Below, in pieces: positions 1-9,037 of a stretch of 64,000 bases of DNA (position 1 is the first letter of the stretch; each line of letters starts with the position of its first letter). The position numbers and the translations under genes are program-made. Source of the DNA: Acholeplasmataceae bacterium (GTDB taxonomy: Bacteria; Bacillota_I; Bacilli_A; ML615J-28; CAG-313); the NCBI GenBank assembly GCA_012838945.1, contig DUOG01000083.1, forward strand, positions 16,072 to 80,071, given 5' to 3'. The notes beneath the pieces are model-generated. The model searched no databases, was not told where the DNA came from, and saw nothing but the letters and a program-made list of their open reading frames with translations.

Positions 1-193
1 ATCAAATCGATGCTCAATCCATAATCCAAAATGATTCGTTCTTAAAGCAATATCAAAATCACTTTCAAATTATTACTGATTTTGAACAAATAGAAATATC
101 ATCAACTGAATATCGAAATAATTTAAATGAAGACTTACTAACTAAAGAAGTATTAAAATTTATCAAAGAAAATAATTTATACGAGGTGAATTC

Positions 194-2035
194 ATGTATC
201 ATCAAGAATTCTTAAAAGTGGGGCTAGTTGTTCCAAAAGTTGAAATTGGCAAGCCCTTAGTCAATGCTGAAGAAATAGTAAGAATTATTAATGCGGAAAA
301 GAAAGCCGAAGTAATGCTTTTTCCTGAACTTGCAATTGCTGGATATAGCATCGGTGATTTAGTATATCATCAACAACTTCAAAAAGAAAATTTGGAGGCT
401 ATTGCCTATATTTTAAATAATAATAAATATCATGGCGTCATCATTTGTGGTGCCGCATTGAGTATTAAAGGTCAACTTTATAACTGCGCCTTGGTAATTC
501 AAAAAAATAAAATCTTAGGGATTATTCCCAAACTATACTTCCCGGAAACGAGAGAGTTTATTGAATCGAGATATTTTTCAAGTGGAAAGAACATAATTCC
601 AAATGTGCCGTCCATTAATCTTTTAGGCGAAGATGTGCCAATTGGTAATTTAATTTTCACAACTTATCCACACAATATATCGTTTGCGGTAGAAGTATGC
701 GCCGACTTGTGGTCAATTCGAAATTTAAACGAAAACTATTATCTGAATGGCGCTCAAATAGTCTTTAATCTATCTGCTAGTTCATTTAATATCGGCAAAG
801 GAAAGCACCGCCGTACGTTAACGGAAAATGCCAGTTTAAAAGGCAGTGGTGCTTATGTTTATGTATCAAGCGGAGTGACAGAATCAAGTAGTAATGTTTT
901 ATTTTCAGGTCATGCCATTGTTTCAACTTGCGGTGAAACTAGTTTAGATGAACAAAACTTTAATTTTGATTCAGTTGTCTATTATGATGATTTAGATATT
1001 GAGCGTATTCGCTATAATAGAAATGTAAATTGCTATTTAAGAAATAATGTGCTCCAAAACTATCGAGAAATCGTGTGGGAGTTAAAAGAAACTAACGATT
1101 ATCAATTTGAAAAACCAATTGACAAGGAACCATTTGTGCCAAAGACTACTGAAGAACTAGATATGATTTCAAAAGTTCAAATGGCTTCTGTCTATAAGCG
1201 TTTGTTACACGTTAATACTGAAAAAGTGATTTTAGGTGTGAGTGGCGGATTAGATTCGACTCTAGCTTTACTTTCACTTGTTAGAATGTGTGATACTTAC
1301 GGTTTAGAGCGTAAAAATATCATAGGGGTGACAATGCCTGCTTTGGCTACTACTAGTGAATCAAAAAATCGGGCTACTCAACTAATGGAAAAACTAAATG
1401 TGACGGCCTATGAAATCCCAATTAAAGAAGAAGTATTAAATCAACTCCATCTTATTAATCATGATGGTCAAACTAAAGATATTACTTATGAAAATGCCCA
1501 AGCTCGCTACCGTACTATGCTACTATTAAATTTAGCTAATAAAGAAAAAGGAATCGTCATTGGAACTTCTGATATGAGCGAAATAGCTTTAGGATGGTCT
1601 ACTTTTGGTGGAGATCAATTTGCGATGTATGGTATTAATGCTGGTCTTCCAAAAACTCTAGTTAAGCGAATGGTAGCTTATTACTACGATATTTATCCGG
1701 AAGTAAAAGATATCTTGGGTGATATTATCGCTGCTCCAATCACCCCAGAGTTAACTGATAAAGACCAAAATACAGAAGCGGTTTTAGGCGATTATCAAAT
1801 TAATGATTTCATTCTATTCCAACACTTAAACTGCGGTGCAACTCATTCGAAAATTAAATTTTTACTAGGAGTTGTGTTTGGTTTAAACTCAAAGGAAAGC
1901 GAAAGATATATTGAGAACTTTAATCGCCGCTTCAAAATGGGACAATATAAACGTTTGTCAAGTCCAGAATCAGTAAAGGTACTATCAATTTCCTTAACTA
2001 ATACTGATTATCGCTTGCCAGGAGATATTAAGTAA
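194..2035 (+). CDS. nadE: Glutamine-dependent NAD+ synthetase (N-terminal nitrilase/CN-hydrolase domain plus NAD synthetase domain)
   Basis: 613 aa. N-terminal CN-hydrolase features (FPELAIAGY, catalytic Cys in VEVCADLW). C-terminal PP-loop SGGLDS (GVSGGLDSTLALL). Size fits Gln-dependent NadE. Confidence 0.85.
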   Translation: MYHQEFLKVGLVVPKVEIGKPLVNAEEIVRIINAEKKAEVMLFPELAIAGYSIGDLVYHQQLQKENLEAIAYILNNNKYHGVIICGAALSIKGQLYNCALVIQKNKILGIIPKLYFPETREFIESRYFSSGKNIIPNVPSINLLGEDVPIGNLIFTTYPHNISFAVEVCADLWSIRNLNENYYLNGAQIVFNLSASSFNIGKGKHRRTLTENASLKGSGAYVYVSSGVTESSSNVLFSGHAIVSTCGETSLDEQNFNFDSVVYYDDLDIERIRYNRNVNCYLRNNVLQNYREIVWELKETNDYQFEKPIDKEPFVPKTTEELDMISKVQMASVYKRLLHVNTEKVILGVSGGLDSTLALLSLVRMCDTYGLERKNIIGVTMPALATTSESKNRATQLMEKLNVTAYEIPIKEEVLNQLHLINHDGQTKDITYENAQARYRTMLLLNLANKEKGIVIGTSDMSEIALGWSTFGGDQFAMYGINAGLPKTLVKRMVAYYYDIYPEVKDILGDIIAAPITPELTDKDQNTEAVLGDYQINDFILFQHLNCGATHSKIKFLLGVVFGLNSKESERYIENFNRRFKMGQYKRLSSPESVKVLSISLTNTDYRLPGDIK

Positions 2036-2084
2036 AATACTTTTCACTTTACAAAAAATAATGAATATTGTATAATATGATAAA

Positions 2085-2345
2085 TTGATGAAGAGGAGGA
2101 GTAGAAATACTCGATCATCATAAGAGAGAAGCCGGTTGGTGAAAGGCTTTATGATTGGTATTTTGAAGGTCGCCTCGGAGATGGTGAAGGGAAATAATAG
2201 TACTTTCACTCGTGTCCTAGCGTTAATGGGATTAAGTGCAAAGAAAGTAAAACCTAACTATAGTTAGGGTATTTGATTTCTTTGAATAAAGGTGGTACCG
2301 CGAATTTTCAAGTTCGTCCTTTAAGGATGGACTTTTTTTATTTTT
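2085..2345 (+). promoter_or_regulatory. T-box riboswitch leader upstream of valS (likely Val-specific)
   Basis: AGAGA box (taagagagaag), GNUGA-like element, and conserved T-box sequence aaaggtggtaccgcg at 2288-2302. Followed by hairpin plus T7 run at 2315-2340. Sits directly 5' of valS. Confidence 0.8.
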
Positions 2346-2369
2346 TAAGACAACGAAAGGAGTATTATT

Positions 2370-4988
2370 ATGAAGCGAAAAGAAATGGCCCCAAAGTACA
2401 ATTTTAAAGAAGTTGAGAAAGGGAAGTATAAATATTGGATTGACCAAGGTTTTTTCACTAGTGGTGATATTAATAAAAGACCTTATACTATTGTGATTCC
2501 ACCACCAAATGTTACTGGAAAACTTCATTTGGGTCATGCTTGGGATACGACCCTTCAAGATATTATTATCAGAAGAAAGCGAATGCAAGGTTACGATGCC
2601 TTATATTTGCCTGGAATGGACCATGCAGGTATTGCAACTCAAGCAAAAATTGATGAAAAACTAAGAAACCAAGGAATTAGCCGCTATGATTTAGGTCGTG
2701 AAGGTTTCTTGAAAGTAGCTTGGGAATGGAAAGAAGAATATGCTGACTTTATCCGTTCACAATGGGCTACGCTTGGTTTATCACTTGATTATACGAAAGA
2801 AAGATTTACCCTTGATGAGGGTCTTAATAAAGCCGTTAATAAAGTATTTATTAAACTTTATGAGGAAGGTCTAATCTATCGTGGTGAACGAATTATCAAT
2901 TGGGATGTTGAAGCAAAGACTGCCCTATCTAATATTGAAGTTGAATATAATGATATTGAAGGCGGTTACTATCACTTCGTTTATCCATTTGTTGACGGTG
3001 ATGGTGGTATCGAAATAGTAACTACCAGACCAGAAACAATGTTTGGTGATACAGCAATAATGGTTCATCCGGATGATGAACGCTACCAAAAATATATTGG
3101 TAAAAAAGTTTATATCCCGGGAACAGACCGAGCCATTCCGATTATTAGTGATGAATATGTTGATCGTGAGTTTGGAACAGGAGCAGTTAAGGTAACTCCA
3201 GCACATGACCCTAATGACTTTGAAGTTGGAGTTCGTCATCAACTTAATTTTATCATTTGTATGAATGAAGATGGAACTATGAACGAATATGCTGGCAAAT
3301 ATCAAGGCCTAGATCGTTTCGAGTGCCGTAGACAAGTTACAAATGATTTAAAAGAGTTGGGTCTATGTACTGAAGTTGAAAAAATGATCCATTCAGTCGG
3401 TCACTCTGAGCGAACTGGGGTTGTTGTTGAACCACGACTTTCTAAACAATGGTTTGTTAAAATGGAACCACTCGCTAAAGCAGTAATTGAGATGCAAGCA
3501 ACCGATGGGGCAGTAAATTTTGTTCCAGAACGTTTTGAAAAAACATTCACCAATTGGCTTGAAAACATTCAAGATTGGTGTATTTCTCGTCAATTATGGT
3601 GGGGTCATCGTATCCCTGCCTGGTATAAAGGTGAAGAAGTATATGTTGGTGAACAATGTCCTGGTGAAGGATGGGTTCAAGATGAAGACGTCCTTGATAC
3701 TTGGTTCTCTAGTGCACTTTGGCCGTTTTCAACTCTTGGATGGCCGAATACGGAGGACCCACTGTTAAAACGATATTTCCCAACTAATACTTTAGTTACG
3801 GGCTATGATATTATTTTCTTCTGGGTTACCCGAATGGTATTCCAATCTAAGCATTTCATGGGAGAACGACCATTTGAACATGTTTTAATCCATGGTTTAA
3901 TTCGTGATGAACAAGGTCGCAAAATGAGTAAATCACTTGGAAATGGTATTGACCCTATGGATCTAGTTGATTCTTATGGTTGTGATGCATTGCGTTATTT
4001 CTTAACGACTAATTCATCTCCAGGTCAAGACTTACGATATTCAGAGGAAAAGATGGGAGCTGCTTGGAACTATATTAATAAGATTTGGAACATCTCTCGC
4101 TTCATTCAAATGAATCTTGATAACCATGATTATCAAGATGAACCTTTAAATTTAGAAATATTAAATGACATTGACAAGTGGATTTTAAATAAGTTAAATT
4201 ATGTAATTGAAAATGCTGATGAATGCTACGAGAAATTTGAATTTGGTGAAGCAGCAAAATTAATCTACAACTTTGTTTGGAATGATTTTGCTTCTTGGTA
4301 TGTTGAACTTACCAAAGTAACTTTCACTGAAGGCAGTAAGGAACAAAAAACTAATGTATGTGCTTTATTAAAGTATTTGTTAAATGCTGTATTAAAACTA
4401 TTACATCCATTCATGCCGTTTGTTACTGAAGAAATATATCAAATTTTCAATGAAGGTTCAATTTGTGTGGCACCGTGGCCGACTGTTCTTAGCTTCGATA
4501 AGGATGTAAAACGATTAGAACTAGTTGATGTTTTACTTAACATCATCACAGCAGTAAGAAATATTAGAGCTGAAAAAAATGTTCCATTAAGCAAAAAGAT
4601 CAATGTTTTAATTGAAACAAAAGAAGCAGAAGTTCAAGCATTCTTACATGACCATTTGTCGTATTTAGCTCGCTTTTTGAATTTTGATCATTTAGAAATT
4701 AAAGAAGATATTGACAAAAACAATGTGATTTCCGCTGTTATTGAACGAGCCATAATTGTAATTCCTGCTGAAAATTTAATTAATATTGAAGAAGAATTGG
4801 CGCGTCTAGAAAAAGAAAAAGTACGACTTGAAAAAGAAGTTGAACGTTCAACTAAAATGCTAGGTAATCCATCCTTTAGAGAAAAAGCGCCAGCCGATAA
4901 GGTGGCTGCGGAAGAAGAAAAGTTAGCTAAATATCAAATTCAATTAACTGAAGTAATTAGATTGATTGAAGATTTAAAGAAAAAATAG
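2370..4988 (+). CDS. valS: Valine--tRNA ligase
   Basis: 872 aa. HIGH-type motif PPPNVTGKLHLGHAW and KMSKS motif (KMSKSLGN). C-terminal coiled coil. Conserved valS-folC adjacency. Confidence 0.93.
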   Translation: MKRKEMAPKYNFKEVEKGKYKYWIDQGFFTSGDINKRPYTIVIPPPNVTGKLHLGHAWDTTLQDIIIRRKRMQGYDALYLPGMDHAGIATQAKIDEKLRNQGISRYDLGREGFLKVAWEWKEEYADFIRSQWATLGLSLDYTKERFTLDEGLNKAVNKVFIKLYEEGLIYRGERIINWDVEAKTALSNIEVEYNDIEGGYYHFVYPFVDGDGGIEIVTTRPETMFGDTAIMVHPDDERYQKYIGKKVYIPGTDRAIPIISDEYVDREFGTGAVKVTPAHDPNDFEVGVRHQLNFIICMNEDGTMNEYAGKYQGLDRFECRRQVTNDLKELGLCTEVEKMIHSVGHSERTGVVVEPRLSKQWFVKMEPLAKAVIEMQATDGAVNFVPERFEKTFTNWLENIQDWCISRQLWWGHRIPAWYKGEEVYVGEQCPGEGWVQDEDVLDTWFSSALWPFSTLGWPNTEDPLLKRYFPTNTLVTGYDIIFFWVTRMVFQSKHFMGERPFEHVLIHGLIRDEQGRKMSKSLGNGIDPMDLVDSYGCDALRYFLTTNSSPGQDLRYSEEKMGAAWNYINKIWNISRFIQMNLDNHDYQDEPLNLEILNDIDKWILNKLNYVIENADECYEKFEFGEAAKLIYNFVWNDFASWYVELTKVTFTEGSKEQKTNVCALLKYLLNAVLKLLHPFMPFVTEEIYQIFNEGSICVAPWPTVLSFDKDVKRLELVDVLLNIITAVRNIRAEKNVPLSKKINVLIETKEAEVQAFLHDHLSYLARFLNFDHLEIKEDIDKNNVISAVIERAIIVIPAENLINIEEELARLEKEKVRLEKEVERSTKMLGNPSFREKAPADKVAAEEEKLAKYQIQLTEVIRLIEDLKKK

Positions 4989-4992
4989 GTAC

Positions 4993-6285
4993 ATGATTAT
5001 GTATTTAGAAACAATGACCGAATTCTTGAATTTTGTTGAAAGTCAACGCCGCTTATCCAAGAAATATTCACTTGAAAAAATGTATTATTACTGTCAATTA
5101 TTTGACCATCCAGAAAATGACTTTCGTTCAATCCATATCGGTGGTACTAATGGTAAGGGGTCAGTAGTTGCTTATATGCGTCATATTTTAAAAGAAAGTG
5201 GATACAAGGTTGCTACTTACACCTCGCCATACGTCGTTTGTTTTAATGAACGAATTACCTTTGATGGAAAATACATAAGTGATGAGGATTGTCTTAAGTA
5301 TGCCAATATAATCTTGAGTAAATATCCTCAGATTGAAAAAGAAGGGTATGAATTCCCAAGCTTCTTTGAATTTATTACTTTACTAGCATTCTTATATTTT
5401 AGGGATTGTGAGGATTTAGATTTTGCCTTGATTGAAGTTGGTTTAGGTGGTTTGCTTGATGCAACCAATGTCATTACTCCACTTCTCAGTATTATTACAA
5501 CTATTTCATTTGATCATATGAATGTACTAGGTAATACTTTGGCTGAGATTGCTGAGAATAAGTTAGGAATTGTAAAACCCGGAATTCCTCTTATCAGTGG
5601 AATCAAAGATGATAAATTACGCAAACAGTTTGTAAAACACACGAAAAAGAAAAAAACATCAGTAACTTTTACTGACTTCGATCAAATTAAAGTTGAAAAG
5701 ATGGACCTACATGGTAGTATCTTTGCGTATAAAAATGAAACACCATATGTAATTAAGATGCTAGGTGCTCATCAAATCGAAAACGCTGCTCTTGCTTTAG
5801 AAGCGATAAAATATCTGAATGAAAATGGAATCATTGATGCACCTGATAATGTTATTAGAAATGGTTTAGAAAAGACTTCATGGCCAGGAAGAGCAGAAAT
5901 TGTTCACAGAGATCCATTGATAATTCTCGATGGCGGTCATAACTTAGATGGCATAACACGGATGTGTGAGTTTATTAATTCCTTTAAAAAGAATCATTAT
6001 GTCCGTGGAGTGTTTGCTGTGGCGGCTGATAAAGATAAAGAAGTGATGATTAAAAAGATTGATGATACTTTTGATGAAATTATCTTTACAGAGTTTAGTT
6101 ATAAACGAAGTGATCATGCTTATCATCTCTATGAGCTTTCTAATCATCCAAAGAAACAATATCATGATGATATTAAAACCATTATTGATAAGGTTATAGA
6201 AGAACCAAAACCAATAAATGTGTTTTTAGGAAGTCTTTACTTTGTAAGTGAAGTTAGACAACTACTAAAAGATTTTAACAAATAA
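4993..6285 (+). CDS. folC: Folylpolyglutamate synthase / dihydrofolate synthase
   Basis: 430 aa. P-loop IHIGGTNGKGS typical of Mur-ligase family FolC. Position after valS as in Bacillus. Confidence 0.85.
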   Translation: MIMYLETMTEFLNFVESQRRLSKKYSLEKMYYYCQLFDHPENDFRSIHIGGTNGKGSVVAYMRHILKESGYKVATYTSPYVVCFNERITFDGKYISDEDCLKYANIILSKYPQIEKEGYEFPSFFEFITLLAFLYFRDCEDLDFALIEVGLGGLLDATNVITPLLSIITTISFDHMNVLGNTLAEIAENKLGIVKPGIPLISGIKDDKLRKQFVKHTKKKKTSVTFTDFDQIKVEKMDLHGSIFAYKNETPYVIKMLGAHQIENAALALEAIKYLNENGIIDAPDNVIRNGLEKTSWPGRAEIVHRDPLIILDGGHNLDGITRMCEFINSFKKNHYVRGVFAVAADKDKEVMIKKIDDTFDEIIFTEFSYKRSDHAYHLYELSNHPKKQYHDDIKTIIDKVIEEPKPINVFLGSLYFVSEVRQLLKDFNK

Positions 6286-6291
6286 TCTACT

Positions 6292-6324
6292 AGGCTTGTA
6301 ATTTAGATTTACAAGCCTTTTTTC
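6292..6324. terminator. Rho-independent terminator after folC
   Basis: Hairpin aggcttgtaatttagatttacaagcct followed by a T run. Confidence 0.7.
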
Positions 6325-6370
6325 AACAAAAAAGATTGATTTTATTTAGTAATATGATATTGGTGATATT

Positions 6371-6970
6371 GTGAAAAAACATTCATTTGATTTTCCAGGA
6401 ATAATAATAGGCATTGTTATTGGTTTAATATTTGGTTTTTTAATTAATTCAAGGTTAAGGGAGCCATTATTATCGACAAATGTCTCATTGAATGACACGA
6501 GTTCCGTATATTTGTTACAAGTTAATAAAACAACTAACCCCGAAGTAGTTGCTTCATTTTGTGATGATTTGCGTAGAAGTGGTTTGAAACCAGTTTATGT
6601 AAGAGAGGGATCTTATTACTATGTGTATACAGCTATTGCAAAAGAGGAAGAAGATTTAGCTTTAGAAAAAACAGTATTAGATCAGTTACAAATTTCTTAT
6701 GTTGTGAAGGTTCAATCGCTTAATAACTATCCAAATAATATAATTGGCGAAGACGAATTTGATTTTTGGGATCAAGGCGTGAAAAATTTTTTGTTGGCAC
6801 TCTCTGATAAGAATTTCACTATTAATAATGAATACTTAAATAATCCCATCAATGCAGAATTTCATAAAAATTTAATATATTTAAATGCTTTAGTTCAAAA
6901 TGGTTCGAAAGAAGCAAAAAACTATCTCCTCCTCGAAACATATAAATTGATAGTTGAAAACTTAAGTTAG
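6371..6970 (+). CDS. Membrane-anchored protein with SPOR-like peptidoglycan-binding domain (putative)
   Basis: 199 aa, GTG start. N-terminal TM (IIIGIVIGLIFGFLI). Following segment VYLLQVNKTT...YYYVYTAIAKEEEDLALEK resembles the SPOR fold pattern. Weak, pattern-based. Confidence 0.4.
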   Translation: MKKHSFDFPGIIIGIVIGLIFGFLINSRLREPLLSTNVSLNDTSSVYLLQVNKTTNPEVVASFCDDLRRSGLKPVYVREGSYYYVYTAIAKEEEDLALEKTVLDQLQISYVVKVQSLNNYPNNIIGEDEFDFWDQGVKNFLLALSDKNFTINNEYLNNPINAEFHKNLIYLNALVQNGSKEAKNYLLLETYKLIVENLS

Positions 6971-6980
6971 GAGGAATTAA

Positions 6981-7661
6981 GTGTTATTAAGAGATGTGCC
7001 ATACTTTGAAAGACCACGAGAAAAAGCATTAAAATATGGAGTTAAGAGTTTATCAAATCAAGAACTCCTTGCAATCATTTTAAGAACAGGGACTAAATCA
7101 GAGTCTGTGTTAACCTTAGCAAATAAAATATTATATAAACTAGAATCAATCAGCGATTTAAATGATCTTACGTTAAATGAGTTAATGAGTATTAAAGGAA
7201 TAGGAATTGCTAAAGCACTTGAAATAAAAGCAGCTATCGAATTTGGAATTCGGATTATAAGAGATGAACAAGATCATGAACAAGTCTTGAGTCCCTCAGC
7301 TGTATATGAATTATTAAAAGATGAAATGCGACTATTGAAGCAAGAACATCTTTATGCACTATACTTAAATATTAAAGGAAAACTTATATCCAAAAAAGTC
7401 ATCACTAAAGGAACAACTAATATGACATTCATTGATGACAAAGAGATTATTAAATGGGCATGTAAGCATTCTGCTTCAGCCATTATCATTAGCCATAATC
7501 ATCCAAGTGGTGATCCTACACCTAGTATGGAGGATTTAAGGGCCACCGAGAAATTAATAAAATCAACTAGATTAGTTGATATCCCCTTGCTTGATCATAT
7601 TATCATTGGAAAATCTTATTATAGCATTCGTCAGAAAACCTCACTCTTTAGTCATAAATAG
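6981..7661 (+). CDS. radC: RadC-like JAMM family protein (UPF0758)
   Basis: 226 aa. N-terminal HhH-like region (LSNQELLAIILRTG). C-terminal JAMM motif HNHPSGDPTPS. Position matches Bacillus ysxA/radC after folC. Confidence 0.85.
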   Translation: MLLRDVPYFERPREKALKYGVKSLSNQELLAIILRTGTKSESVLTLANKILYKLESISDLNDLTLNELMSIKGIGIAKALEIKAAIEFGIRIIRDEQDHEQVLSPSAVYELLKDEMRLLKQEHLYALYLNIKGKLISKKVITKGTTNMTFIDDKEIIKWACKHSASAIIISHNHPSGDPTPSMEDLRATEKLIKSTRLVDIPLLDHIIIGKSYYSIRQKTSLFSHK

Positions 7662-7695
7662 GGTTTGTCTAACGTAAAATGTTTTAGGTGATAAT

Positions 7696-8310
7696 ATGAA
7701 TAAATATCATAAGCATCTAAAAAAATATCATCAACTTGTTAACAAACGAAATAAAAAAGAAAATAAAAAGACGTATTTTGATTATCTGTTAACGAGGATT
7801 TTTGTTAGTTCAGTTATCATTTTACTGTTTGTTTCGATTGATTTTTTAAACATTAGTTCTTTTAATAGTAAAGTAATTAATGCGAAATTATCAGAACAAA
7901 CAAACATATTTAAATACGTGAATTTTTTTAATGGAACTTTCGGTTCTTTTTTTCCAATTGAAAAAAGTGAGCCTGTCTTTAGTTCAGATGTTTATGATTA
8001 TGTTGCTTATAACAATAAAGTTAATGAAATTACTAACTATTCCTTTGAGGGGGTTGTTAATCTAGTAGAAGGAATCGTTATGAAGATTAGTAGAAATGAA
8101 AATAACTATTATGAAGTTATGATTAAGGGTGCTGACTCTTATGATTATGTTTATTCCAATTTAATAGGAATTGATGTATCGATTTATCAATATGTAACTA
8201 AAGATAAAATTATCGGTAGAGCCCCGAAGGTCAACAACATTTACCGTTTCAACCTACAAATTGTGAAAGATCAAGTCTATTATGATTTTTACGACCAATG
8301 TCAAGATTAA
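7696..8310 (+). CDS. SpoIVFA-like membrane protein (degenerate M23/LytM-type domain), putative
   Basis: 204 aa. Basic cytoplasmic N-terminus, one TM, extracytoplasmic domain. Located immediately upstream of and overlapping an M50 site-2 protease gene, then rplU, as spoIVFA-spoIVFB-rplU in Bacillus. Confidence 0.35.
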   Translation: MNKYHKHLKKYHQLVNKRNKKENKKTYFDYLLTRIFVSSVIILLFVSIDFLNISSFNSKVINAKLSEQTNIFKYVNFFNGTFGSFFPIEKSEPVFSSDVYDYVAYNNKVNEITNYSFEGVVNLVEGIVMKISRNENNYYEVMIKGADSYDYVYSNLIGIDVSIYQYVTKDKIIGRAPKVNNIYRFNLQIVKDQVYYDFYDQCQD

Positions 8311-8923
8311 GATTCATTATTCATTAATAATCTTTATCATCTTATCATTGTTTTTAGGACAATTAAAATATGTTCTAATCTTTTTAACAATTGTCCTTCT
8401 TCATGAAGGAGGACATATTTTTGCGTTGTTGTTGTTTAAAGGTGAACTACAAAAAATTACCCTTACTGTTGTTGGTGGGATTATTGACGTCAATGACTAT
8501 AAATTGAACAATCTTCAAAACTTAATTGTTAGCCTTAGTGGTATAACCATCAATGTTCTAATAATTCTTATAATTAAAAATATTTACATCGATAGTGCTA
8601 TAAAAGAGGTTATCCTGTCTTATAATAAGTTAATGATAGCTTTTAACTTATTACCAATCTACCCCCTTGATGGTTTTAGAATCATTGAGGTTTTTTTAAA
8701 TATGGTATTTGATTATGAGTACGCTCAAGATCTAAGTACAATCGTCTCATCTTTTTTTCTAATACTCATTTGTATGTATGGTATGATTTCCAAAAGTGGC
8801 GCCATAATAATAATTAGCATCTTTCTTTTCCTAAAAATGTTAGAACGAAGGAAAGTTTTGAAATTTTCTAGGATCCGTCATAATGCATATAATATTGCAT
8901 TGATCAGACGATTAAATCGGTAA
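8282..8923 (+). CDS. Site-2 protease family (M50) intramembrane metalloprotease, SpoIVFB-like (no CBS domain)
   Basis: 213 aa, polytopic. HExxH motif in a TM segment (LLHEGGHIFALLLF). Second-site motif LLPIYPLDGFRI (LDG). Synteny upstream of rplU-prp-rpmA. Confidence 0.7.
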   Translation: MIFTTNVKIKIHYSLIIFIILSLFLGQLKYVLIFLTIVLLHEGGHIFALLLFKGELQKITLTVVGGIIDVNDYKLNNLQNLIVSLSGITINVLIILIIKNIYIDSAIKEVILSYNKLMIAFNLLPIYPLDGFRIIEVFLNMVFDYEYAQDLSTIVSSFFLILICMYGMISKSGAIIIISIFLFLKMLERRKVLKFSRIRHNAYNIALIRRLNR

Positions 8924-9037
8924 TAATAGGATTTTAAAACATAGTTGTTTCGTTTGCAATATAATGGAAAAAATGGTATAATCATCAATGTAGTGTAAAT
9001 CACTGTAATAAAATATTTTAGAAAGGATAGTAAATTA

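Noticed and set aside
1994-3305. Antisense ORFs (1994-2209, 2232-2588, 2925-3305; and similar ones at 3393-3593, 5944-6165, 10229-10474, 18705-18959, 24939-25205, 42686-42907, 56504-56948 etc.)
   Set aside because: They overlap well-supported genes (nadE, valS, folC, ppdK, mutS, spmA, lepA, cmk-rpsA) on the opposite strand or in another frame. They lack SD sequences, have low-complexity composition, and are typical spurious ORFs of AT-rich DNA.
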